Positions 13,425 to 23,600 of a stretch of 64,000 nt of DNA are shown here, piece after piece. The position numbers and the translations under genes are program-made. The stretch's first letter is position 1; the number at the start of each line of letters is the position of its first letter. The stretch lies in contig RHPI01001946.1 of assembly GCA_009103225.1 (NCBI GenBank), forward strand, positions 371,207-435,206. Direction: 5' to 3'. The notes under the pieces were generated by a model, which was given only the letters and a program-made list of their open reading frames with translations, did no database searches and was not told where the DNA came from. This stretch comes from Chlorokybus atmophyticus (lineage: Eukaryota; Plantae; Mesostigma and Chlorokybus algae).

Positions 13425-14220
13425 TATTACGTGCTGCACGCTTGCCTTTGTCGGGTCGAGGAGAGTCGAGGGTCACGTTGTCTCATGCAGCTAGCAGGAA
13501 ACACATGATTGCTGAACATGCCACTTTGGCATGCTATAGCACGCCTGGTGGTGTTAACAAAAGCAAAAAGATAACCCACCTCTTATATCAGTAGGTGCTT
13601 TTTGGAGCACGTCCGCCGATGTGGAGTGGTGCGAACATGTGGAGAGAATCCCCTGCCGTAGTATACATGCTGTGCCATGGGACACACAGTTAACAAGCCA
13701 CGCCCCCTGAGCCTCTGGGGAGGTTCCAGCTGTAGAGCTCAATGTCAGCGTGAGTGTAAAGGGCGGTCGATGCGGCAGTTATTACACCAGTACTCCTCCA
13801 TGGGTACCGCGTCCAGTGTGGGCGTTAGACAGTAGCTATGCAGGCCTTTGTTGCAGCCATTGCAGAGCATCATGAGCGAATCGCCGTCGGCGCTGCCGCA
13901 GCGCTCGCAACGCGTGCTGCGGGCGGGGCAAGGTTGTTTGATGCACCGAAACCCTACTACGTAAGGAATGCGACACGGCGCGCAGTTCACCATGTTGTCC
14001 TTCAACCCCTCGCCGTCCCAGCCGAGGAGGTCCACTACCCCTGTGGGGTACACCTTAAGCACCTTGTAGACTGTGCGGCCAGCGGAGGTGTCAAGCGCGT
14101 CTTTAGTGGCCTCCATATGGTGGGCAAAGTCTTCTGCTTGAAACCGGCGCTGGCGCTCCTTGTAGAAACCACTGCGCACGCGCTCATGGCGTAGCGGGTC
14201 GCGGTGCTGCGTAATGCGCT
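13425..14220 (-). mobile_element. Family B-related element, copy C: 3' end (integrase C-terminus, PHD finger, repeat X)
   Basis: ORF 13745-14179 has CERCGSADGDSLMMLCNGCNKGLHSYCLTPTLDAVPMEEYWCNNC (C4HC3 PHD), homologous to 38000-38370; gtggcttgttaact at 13701-13688 starts X; the gagacaacgtgaccctcgac motif matches the X end. Confidence 0.8.
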
Positions 14221-15942
14221 AGTTGTTGAGTGTCATAAGGATTGTGCGCTCAAATAGTGCTGCGCGCGTGATAATGTCGTGGTGCATCAAGTTGGGGTCG
14301 TTGGGGTTGTTCACCATGCGATCCACTAGGCTGGTGCAGACAGCCGTGGTGGATGGCATCAACATTCAGCCGGAGGAGTTCAAAACCATGCAAGAGGTGT
14401 TGTGTGAACACTGTGTGCTGGCGAAGCAACGAAAACTCCCATTCCCAGCACCACAGAGTGTGACAACCAAGCCTCTGCGACTGGTACACTCTGATGTATG
14501 CAGACCACTGCCTGTTGCAACTACTGAAGGGTACATGTATTTTTGGGCATTCTTTGATGACTACAGCAAGGTTGCGGTGGTGGTGCCCCTGCATTTGAAG
14601 TCAAAAGTGTCGGCACGGATGAACAAGATACTCACTCCAATGGAGAAGCAACTAAGAGAGAAGGTGGTGACAGTGCGGTTACACAGAGATGGAGAACACA
14701 TCATCAAGAAGCTGAAGACCTGGTTAGCTGAACACGGGATCATGCACCAATTCACGGCACCCTACACCCCGCATTAAAACGATGCAGTTGAGAGGCTGAA
14801 CAGAACCCTGTCGGAGAAAGTTAGAGCAATGTTGGTAGACGCAAAAATGCAAGACCATAGGTGGGGAGATGCACTGCTTGCTGTAGCGTATGTGCGCAAT
14901 TGCTCACCGAAAGCATCTCAAGCAAAGACACCGTGGGAGCTTTTCACCAAGCAAAGGCCAGACATCCTTATAATGTTGAAGGTTTTCGGCTCTACATCGT
15001 ATGTTTCTCATTCCCAAGCAACTGCAAAAGAAGCTTGCGCCCAAGAAGCAAGAAGGGCGTGTTCATTGGCTATGAGTTCAATATTAAAGGCCTACCGCGT
15101 GCGCTGCTGAAAGACCACAAGGTGGTGGCGAGTAGGGATGTGATGTTTGTGGAGTAAGGCATCACAAGTGCTGTCTTAGAGGTTGTTGTTGTTGAGTATA
15201 TTAAGGAGTGACGTTCAGTCAGCTTGACCTCGACAGGCAAAGGCATCAAGTGCTAAAATGTGGTTAAGTGTAACAGTCAAGGCCAAATTCTGTGATTTTC
15301 ATGGCCGTTTTAGGCCTTATTTGTAAGGTACATGTTTTTAATGACTTGTGGCGGATATCGGCGAGTTATGAGTCTGCCGCGGATATCGACCGGGGCCCCA
15401 AGACCAGTCCGGAAGGTGCCAGAAAACGGAGGGCCAGTCGAGAAGGGCTCGACCAGATTTCTGGAAGGGCCTGGCGCCAAGTAGTATAACTTGACCATAT
15501 GAGCAGCAAATTAGGAGATCTTTGGTGCGTTGGAAAGGTCTAGAAGTGTACTACAAGATTCTGCAAGAATATCTTAGCTTCTAGTTCCGTCTAGCGCTAG
15601 AATCGTCTAGACAGTAGCATGTGCAGACTGGTAGGTATAAAAGTGACATTCTACAACTTGCAATACAACCTTTAGCTCCCTAGTTTCTGGTGTGCAAGCT
15701 TGGTGGTGGTTAGCAGGGGTTGCTAGCGTGTGGCCACCGGTGTGTGCTTGCTTGTGTGACGATCCAAGGCGCTACACAAGTCGGTGTGTAGCTTCGAGCG
15801 CATGCGCGTGCGTACGCGAGTGGCGGGGCGCGCGTGTGTGCTTGGCAGAGGGGGCAAGGTTCCGGTGTGAATACCGTGTCTTGGTGAGAGGGTTGTGGAT
15901 TGGACCAACTCACAGGTGACAAGGCACGAGCACCGTCACAAC

Positions 15943-15954
15943 TGGTATCGGAGC
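15943..15954 (+). promoter_or_regulatory. Primer-binding site complementary to the tRNA-iMet 3' end
   Basis: tggtatcggagc 2 nt after the 5' LTR, one change from the plant consensus TGGTATCAGAGC. Confidence 0.85.
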
Positions 15955-15983
15955 ACGGTTTACGAAGGTGAGAGAGGAAGTGT

Positions 15984-17063
15984 GTGGGCGTTTACACTTT
16001 TCATTCGGAAGCGGAGTGTAGTGTGTTAGTGGAGATGGAGGATGCTCGCATGGAAGAGCTTCAAGCTGCCATCTTGGCACTGAGGGAAGAGCTTCATCAC
16101 ACTCAAGCGGCGGCACAAGCACAACGCGAGGCGTATGAGCATGCGATGGCGCGTGTACAAATTCCCATGGCATCAAGCTCGCGCGTGCATGTGAAGGTGC
16201 CAAAGCCCAAGCCATTCAGGGGTCAACGTGATGGAGATGCAGTGGATGAATGGATTTTTCAAGTATCGTCTTGGTTGAAGCTCACGGAGGTGCCCACGCA
16301 TCTGCACGTGGAGGTTGCAGCGACATTGCTTGAAGGTGCAGCACTTGTGTGGTGGAGGCATCGATGTACGCGTGTTGCAAACGGGTTGGCGCTACCATTG
16401 ACCACCATGGAAGAGTTGGCACTGGAGGTCAGGCATCAATTTGTTCCCGTTGAGAGCGTGAAGGCCGCACGCGACAAACTTGCAGCCCTTGTGCAAATGG
16501 GGTCGGTGATGGCGTACACGGCCGCGTTTCAGCGATTGGTGATGTCCATACCCAATATGACCGAGGAGGAGCAGTTGGACAGGTATACACGTGGTTTAAA
16601 ACCTTTGGGGCGTAAAGAAGTGGAGCTACGGGACCCGAAGACACTCGCGGAGGCTATACGCATCGCGGAGCGTCTCGACGCGTTGTACTTCAAGTCCACC
16701 ACAAGAAACACTGACTGGAGGCAAAGGCATGGTGATCAGCCCCGGGGAGGCTTTCAACATGCATGGAGACGAGGAGAACCAAGTTCAGCACTTGCCAATG
16801 GAGGTGGAGCTGACTCTGGGCCTGCACCAATGGAGGTGGGTGCCATACACACGCATGGAAGTGAGGCGAAGCACGGCGGACGTGGTGAAAGAGGTAAAGG
16901 TGTGCGCAAGTGTTATGCGTGTGGGTCGACGGAGCATTTGGCGTACGGATGCCCCAAACGAAGCACGCAAAGGCCAACACCGGATGGCAACCCTCGCCGT
17001 GATCGTCGCGTCAACACCATGGAGCAAAATGGCGTGGAGCAGGAAAACGACTTCCCCCAGTAG
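15984..17063 (+). CDS. gag: Gag (retrotransposon gag domain + CCHC knuckle)
   Basis: 359-aa ORF; KPKPFRGQRDGDAVDEWIFQV, LLEGAALVWW, CYACGSTEHLAYGC. Confidence 0.95.
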   Translation: MGVYTFHSEAECSVLVEMEDARMEELQAAILALREELHHTQAAAQAQREAYEHAMARVQIPMASSSRVHVKVPKPKPFRGQRDGDAVDEWIFQVSSWLKLTEVPTHLHVEVAATLLEGAALVWWRHRCTRVANGLALPLTTMEELALEVRHQFVPVESVKAARDKLAALVQMGSVMAYTAAFQRLVMSIPNMTEEEQLDRYTRGLKPLGRKEVELRDPKTLAEAIRIAERLDALYFKSTTRNTDWRQRHGDQPRGGFQHAWRRGEPSSALANGGGADSGPAPMEVGAIHTHGSEAKHGGRGERGKGVRKCYACGSTEHLAYGCPKRSTQRPTPDGNPRRDRRVNTMEQNGVEQENDFPQ

Positions 17064-20000
17064 GTGAGGAGGCTACTGCTGGGGATAGGAAGGAGCCTCA
17101 TGCACGGACGGATGCTGTGACATTTCCATTAAAGAAGCAAGAGGAGATGGCTTTGAACGCGCCAATGGTGGTGAGTTATGCAAACGAGGAGACAACAAAG
17201 TACTTCGGGCTTCGAGCACACATTTGCGATGACCAAGGACGATGGAGAGAGTGTAAGCTCATGATTGATAGCGGTGCCAACAGCAACTTCATGAGTATTG
17301 ATATCGCGCGGCGTTACGGTTGGCTTTCGTCATTACGAGGAGGTGAAGTGAAGCTCGCTGATGGAGAGCCACCCTCTGGAGGTGATGGCGCTGCGTTTAT
17401 GACCAAAGAGTTGTGCGTTCGCATTGGGAAGATGAAGGAGAGCATGCGATTTTGCTGCATCACCCTACGGAACGGGTTTGATGGGATTTTGGGACTACCG
17501 TGGCTATGGCAACATAATCCAGCCATCAATTGGAGGAAGCGCGTGCTCACCATCGAGCGAAACGGTGGAGAGTCCATTCAAGCTGCATCGGACGTCATCG
17601 AGGCGCGGCACGCACAATTAGGTGGTACGACAATTGCCCAGATCTCTTATGTGCAATTGAGGAAGTTATTGTCTCCACGGAAGGCAAAGGCTGCATGGTT
17701 GTGCGTGGTGCGCGAAAACACTGCAAAGTCAGCACCGGAGCTGAGTGACGATGTTCAGACGGCTACTATGGACCCCGAGGTGTGTAAACTTGTTAAAGAA
17801 TACCAAGATATCATGGTGGACGGACTTCCATCTGGTCTACCACCTCCACGGAGCGTAGACCACCGTGTGGAGCTGATTGAGGGCGTGCACAAGCCACCGT
17901 ATCGACCCGTATACAAGTTGTCACCTTTGGAACTGGAAGAGGCCGAGAGGCAGGTGGCGGACTTGCTGAAAAGAGGCTACATCAGGCCTAGTAAGTCCCC
18001 CTATGGTGCACCTATTTTGTTTGTACGAAAGAAGAACGGGAGCTTGCGCATGTGCGTCGACTACCGAGCTCTCAACAACATCACGAAGAGGAATTGCTTT
18101 CCACTCCCACGTATCGACGAGTTGCTGGAGCAATTGCAAGGTGCGCAGTACTTCACAACACTTGATCTTGCTGGAGGTTATCACCAAATTCGCATCGCGC
18201 CCGAGGATGTGGAGAAAACAGCTTTTAACACACGTTATGGGCACTACGAGTGGTTGGTCATGTCCTTCGGACTTACGAACGCACCGGCAACATTTCAAAC
18301 GCTTATGAACAGCGTTTTTGCTGACTTGATTGGTAAGGGAGTCCTCGTGTACCTCGACGACATTTTGGTGTACGCGACAACAAAGGAGGAGCACGTGGCA
18401 CTTCTACGGCGCGTGTTGCAGCGTTTGCGCGAACACAAGTTGTACGCCCAGCTACAAAAGTGCAAATTCTTGCTTCGAGAGGTGGAGTACCTAGGCCACA
18501 TTGTGTCGCATGAAGGCATCAAGCCGGACCCCAACAAAGTGCAGGTGGTGCGCGAGTGGGCTGCCCCGACCAATGTAAAGGAGGTGATGTCCTTTTTAGG
18601 CCTTGCGGGGTATTATCGCAAGTTTATCATGGGGTTTTCGCGCATAGCTGCTCCCTTGACTACCCTACTCAAGAAGGGAAAGCATTGGAGCTGGTCAGCA
18701 ACAGAGGAACATGCATTTGCTGCGTTGAAGAAGGCGCTGACGGAGGCACCAGTCCTGGCTCACCCCAACATGGAAAAGACATTTATTTTGGCTTGCGACG
18801 CGTCCGACACAGCCGTAGGAGCTGTTTTGCAGCAAGACCATGGCAACGGCCTTCAACCAGTAGCATTCTTCAGCAAGAAGATGAGTGGTGCGGAGCTGAA
18901 TTACCCCGTGCACGAGAAGGAACTTTTAGCGCAAGTCATGGCGCTACGACAATGGCGTTGTTTTTTGGAAGGCAAAAAGTTCGTGCTTGAGACGGATCAC
19001 TCTCCACTGAGGTACTTACAAACACAACCTCATCTGAGTCGCAGACAAGCTCGATGGCTTGAGTTCTTTCAACTTTTTAACTTCGATATCAAGTACAAGC
19101 CCGGTACGTCAAATGGTGTTGCTGACGCGCTGAGCCGGCTTAATGCAATTGAGGCACTCGCTCAAGTGCAGCCCGAGTGGACCGACCAGATTCGGCAAGT
19201 GCTTCGTGAAGACACGGAGGGTATGAAAGTGTTGCAAGAGCTGGAAAATACAGCTACGGACACAAGTGGGCACTGGTCAATGCGCGACGGGCTGCTGTGG
19301 CACCATGGGCGCTTGTACATCCCCAACGTCGCGCATATCCGTGTGAAGTTGCTGAAGGAAGCTCATGACGTGCCCATTGCTGGTCACCAAGGGTTGGAAA
19401 GGACTTTGGCAAGCTTAAAACAGCGTTTTTACTGGCGAGAGATGCATCGCGATGTGCGCGACTACGTGGCGTTGTGCGACGCATGCCAAAGGGTGAAGGC
19501 AAGCAACCAAAAGCCAGGTGGGTTGCTGCAACCTCTCCCTGTGCCATTGTCCAAGTGGGAGCAAGTTACCATGGACTTTATCACGGGGCTACCAAAGACA
19601 AAAGAAGGGTACGACGCTATACTTGTGTTCGTCGATAAAACCAGCAAAATGGTACGCTTGGCACCGTGTAGTGAGTCTTGCACGGCACCGGAGGCAGCAC
19701 GCTTGTTCGTGAAGCATGTATTTCGTTCTCATGGATTACCACGAAGCATTGTGAGTGATCGCGACCCGCGCTTTACAAGTAAGTTTTGGGAGGCGCTGCA
19801 TAGTGCACTGGGTACCACACTGAAGTTTAGCACGGCATTCCACCCGCAAACTGATGGGCAAACGGAGCGGGCCAACCGTGTGATCGAGGACATGCTGCGT
19901 TGCTACGTTAACGCGCGACAAGACAATTGGGAGGAGCTGCTTGAGTTGGTTGAGTTTGCGATCAACAGCCACCACAATGCAAGCACAGGTGTCACTCCCT

Positions 20001-20650
20001 TCCTTATGAACTACGGGCAACATCCATTGACACCGTTGACGGCATGGACACCGCGACGACATGACGTGCGTGTGGAGGCAGCTAATGACTTCCTTACAAA
20101 GTGCGCGGACATTAACAAGGCAGCTAGGGATGCGTTATTGGTGGCACAAAATCGGCAGAAGCAGTACGCGGACGCGCATCGCCGACACCTCACGTTTCAG
20201 GAAGGCGACATTGTGTTACTCTCCGCGAAGCACGTCCAGGTGCGTACGGGAGTTCGCAAGCTGAATGAACGCTGGTTGGGACCATTTAAGGTCAGCAAAG
20301 TTATCTCGGACGTGGCGTACAAGTTGGAGCTACCCGACACCATGCGTGTGCACCCCGTTTTTCACGTCTCCCTTCTGAAAGCATATCGAGGACAACCGCC
20401 AGAAAGGCCACCCCCCGAAGTTGGCACGGACGGTGAACCCGAGTGGGAGGTAGAAGACATCCTTGGTGAGAAGTTTGTGCATGGCGTACGCAAGTTCTTA
20501 GTGAAATGGAAGGGCTATCCGTTGCATGAAGCATCCTGGGAGCCAGAGGCACACTTGACTAATGCTCAAGACGTTGTGCGTGCCTATCTTGCTCGACGAC
20601 AACCTCGCGAGCTTCGAGGACGAAGCTCACCTGGGGGGGGAGGAGTGTAA
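17042..20650 (+). CDS. pol: Pol (protease, RT, RNase H, integrase, chromodomain), in the -1 frame to gag and open from 17042
   Basis: MIDSGA, YLDDILV, ACDASD, H2C2 finger, GPF motif, EWEVEDIL...FLVKWKGYPLHEASWEPE; the stop codon lies in the first bases of the 3' LTR. Confidence 0.95.
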   Translation, partial: GKRLPPVGEEATAGDRKEPHARTDAVTFPLKKQEEMALNAPMVVSYANEETTKYFGLRAHICDDQGRWRECKLMIDSGANSNFMSIDIARRYGWLSSLRGGEVKLADGEPPSGGDGAAFMTKELCVRIGKMKESMRFCCITLRNGFDGILGLPWLWQHNPAINWRKRVLTIERNGGESIQAASDVIEARHAQLGGTTIAQISYVQLRKLLSPRKAKAAWLCVVRENTAKSAPELSDDVQTATMDPEVCKLVKEYQDIMVDGLPSGLPPPRSVDHRVELIEGVHKPPYRPVYKLSPLELEEAERQVADLLKRGYIRPSKSPYGAPILFVRKKNGSLRMCVDYRALNNITKRNCFPLPRIDELLEQLQGAQYFTTLDLAGGYHQIRIAPEDVEKTAFNTRYGHYEWLVMSFGLTNAPATFQTLMNSVFADLIGKGVLVYLDDILVYATTKEEHVALLRRVLQRLREHKLYAQLQKCKFLLREVEYLGHIVSHEGIKPDPNKVQVVREWAAPTNVKEVMSFLGLAGYYRKFIMGFSRIAAPLTTLLKKGKHWSWSATEEHAFAALKKALTEAPVLAHPNMEKTFILACDASDTAVGAVLQQDHGNGLQPVAFFSKKMSGAELNYPVHEKELLAQVMALRQWRCFLEGKKFVLETDHSPLRYLQTQPHLSRRQARWLEFFQLFNFDIKYKPGTSNGVADALSRLNAIEALAQVQPEWTDQIRQVLREDTEGMKVLQELENTATDTSGHWSMRDGLLWHHGRLYIPNVAHIRVKLLKEAHDVPIAGHQGLERTLASLKQRFYWREMHRDVRDYVALCDACQRVKASNQKPGGLLQPLPVPLSKWEQVTMDFITGLPKTKEGYDAILVFVDKTSKMVRLAPCSESCTAPEAARLFVKHVFRSHGLPRSIVSDRDPRFTSKFWEALHSALGTTLKFSTAFHPQTDGQTERANRVIEDMLRCYVNARQDNWEELLELVEFAINSHHNASTGVTPFLMNYGQHPLTPLTAWTPRRHDVRVEAANDFLTKCADINKAARDALLVAQNRQKQYADAHRRHLTFQEGDIVLLSAKHVQVRTGVRKLNERWLGPFKVSKVISDVAYKLELPDTMRVHPVFHVSLLKAYRGQPPERPPPEVGTDGEPEWEVEDILGEKFVHGVRKFLVKWKGYPLHEASWEPEAHLTNAQDVVRAYLARRQPRELRGRSSPGGGGV
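20631..20645 (+). promoter_or_regulatory. Polypurine tract of the chromovirus
   Basis: G/A-rich run ending ...ggggaggag immediately before the 3' LTR. Confidence 0.85.
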
Positions 20651-23600
20651 CAGTCAAGGCCAAATTCTGTGATTTTCATGGCCGTTTTAGGCCTTATTTG
20701 TAAGGTACATGTTTTTAATGACTTGTGGCGGATATCGGCGAGTTATGAGTCTGCCGCGGATATCGACCGGGGCCCCAAGACCAGTCCGGAAGGTGCCAGA
20801 AAACGGAGGGCCAGTCGAGAAGGGCTCGACCAGATTTCTGGAAGGGCCTGGCGCCAAGTAGTATAACTTGACCATATGAGCAGCAAATTAGGAGATCTTT
20901 GGTGCGTTGGAAAGGTCTAGAAGTGTACTACAAGATTCTGCAAGAATATCTTAGCTTCTAGTTCCGTCTAGCGCTAGAATCGTCTAGACAGTAGCATGTG
21001 CAGACTGGTAGGTATAAAAGTGACATTCTACAACTTGCAATACAACCTTTAGCTCCCTAGTTTCTGGTGTGCAAGCTTGGTGGTGGTTAGCAGGGGTTGC
21101 TAGCGTGTGCCCACCGGTGTGTGCTTGCTTGTGTGACGATCCAAGGCGCTACACAAGTCGGTGTGTAGCTTCGAGCGCATGCGCGTGCGTACGCGAGCGG
21201 CGGGGCGCGCGTGTGTGCTTGGCAGAGGGGGCAAGGTTCCGGTGTGAATACCGTGTCTTGGTGAGAGGGTTGTGGATTGGACCAACTCACAGGTGACAAG
21301 GCACGAGCACCGTCACATTAAGTCCTTGTGCACGTTGTAGTTGCAGTAAGAAGACTGATACCGAGCAGTTGTGAGTCTAGAGCTCGATATCTGAATAGTC
21401 TAATGAAGGACGCTCGAAGACTCCGGACTTGGAGCTCTGGAACAGTCTGGCAAACAGTCCAGAGCTCCGATAGAAGTAGTAGAACTTTTTGACTACTTAG
21501 TCGCTAGGGACGTGGCATAGCCTGTTGGACAGCTCTTGAAGTCAGCTACGCGGTGCAACTTAGAGCGTCCGATATAGACGCGTGTGAAAGGAATAGTGAT
21601 TGCTATTGGCTTAACACCTTGGCGGCTGATGTGTTGTGCGTGTCATGCTTAGCCCTGCTGCATGTGTACATTAGCTTCCAAACAATAGGTTATGGGCCCA
21701 CTGCACGCGTGAAGAGTGTGAGTTCGCGAAAGCGTGGTAAACTGGTAGCTGTGTTTATAGCTTAGTCTTGAGTGTTTACTGGAGAGGCGCGTTCAACTAT
21801 AATGGAAACTAGCTACGGCAAATTGCAAAGTTGGACACCGACAACTACAGTACCTGGTGTGTGGAGATGAAGGCGTTGCTGATGTACAAGACACTGTGGA
21901 AGTATGTGGATTCGAAGGCGACAGCACCACAACTACGGGAGCACTCCGTTTGGCTTGAGACTTCATTATAGGCACATGCCTTGATAGTGTTGAACTGCAA
22001 GCCGCATCACTTTCCCATGCTATCTGCATGTGAGCATGGTAAGCAAGCTCGGGAGAAGCTTGCATCCCTGTACCAGGCTAGAAACAACAAGGCAAGGAAG
22101 CTGACCTGAAGAAGCAGTTGAACTCCATCAAGAAAGAGGCAGGAGAACCGGTCACAAAATATGTGGCACGTGCAAGGGATCTCTGGGCGGACCTTACGGC
22201 TGTTGGCAACAAAGTGGAGGAGGAGGACGTTGTACTGGCTGTACTGGCAGGACTACTATTCGAGTTTGAAGTGGTCTCAACTCCACTGGAGACGTCGTCA
22301 TCAGTCTTGCCCTGAACGATGTGCTGCCCAAGCTACTCACCGTAGAGCAGAAGACAACAAGCAAGGAGTATCATGCAGATGCAGTGGCTTTCTACAACAG
22401 AGGAAAGCCTGGAGCACACAACAAGCAGCGGAGAATTGGCAACTACAACAAGACCACAATTCGTGGTGGGAATCCATATAGCAAGCTGACTTGTCATACC
22501 TGTGGAGTGGTTTGGCATATCAGTAGAAACTGTACTAAGCGTCATCGGGAAGGAGGCGCAAGCACCAGCAATGGCGGCGGCAAGGAGAAGTCGGTTGCAT
22601 TTGCTGCAACATTGAGACGACATCATGCATTTGGAGGCTGGATAATCGACTCTAGCTGCGGCAGGCACAGTACCCCTTATGCGGAGTTGCTGGAGGGCTA
22701 CACAAAGCTGACTCATCCAATCATGGTGGAAGGCTTCAATGGTCAAGTGCAAAAGGGCATTGGCATTGGCATAGGCATATTGCAATGCCATGTTGGTGAC
22801 AGTTTGAGGGAAGTCTTGTTGCGAGAGGTGTTGCACATTCCTGGGGCTGCTAAAACTCTGTTTATTGTGTCGACCGCTGAGCGCGTGGGAGCTAGAATTG
22901 TGTTCGAGAAGGGGCGCTGTAAGGTTTAACTGGATGGGGTCGTTTGCATGGAAGGCACCAAGCATGGGAGCTTTCACCTGATGAACCAACCTCGTCATGC
23001 GCAAGCCTGTGCCTGTGATGAAAGAGAAGGAGACTGCGGAGCTATGGCATCACCAATTTTAGCACCTGAGCTACGGCAATCTCTCTCGCCTGGTCTTTAA
23101 AGGCATGGCATGATCGATGGCATCAACATAAAAAAGGCGGACTTTGAGGCTGCATTTGGTGTGCTCTGTAAACCATGTGTGATGGCGAAGCAGCATCGCA
23201 TGCCATTTCAGTCATCTGCCTCGCATAGTCGGCATCTTGATGAATTAGTGCACATTAGTGTTTGCGGGCCTATGCGCGTTATGGCAAAGGGATGGATAAG
23301 GTACTTTGCAACTTTTCTCAATGACCACAGCAAGCTTTCTGTCATCTATTCTTTAAAGTTGAAGTCAGACGTTGCTGGAGCTATTTGAACTTTTGTGGCA
23401 TTGCTGAAAACGCGGTCTGGCAAGAAGGTAAAAGCGATGCGGAGCGATCGAAGAGGGGAGTACGTCCAATACGAGTTGAAGGAGTACATCGCCAGCAACG
23501 GCATATGCCACGAGACAACGGCACCCTGTACACTGCAGCAGAATGGAGCGGCTGAGTGACTGAACAGGACACTGATGGAGCGTGTACGCGCCATGCTCAA

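Larger units (their letters stand above)
15269..21317 (+). mobile_element. Intact young Ty3/Gypsy chromovirus inserted in the 5' LTR of Copia I, TSD TTAAG
   Basis: LTRs 15269-15940 and 20646-21317 (tgtaac...gtcaca, 672 bp, 2 mismatches seen); ttaag at 15264-15268 and 21318-21322; PBS and PPT present; gag and pol open. Confidence 0.98.
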
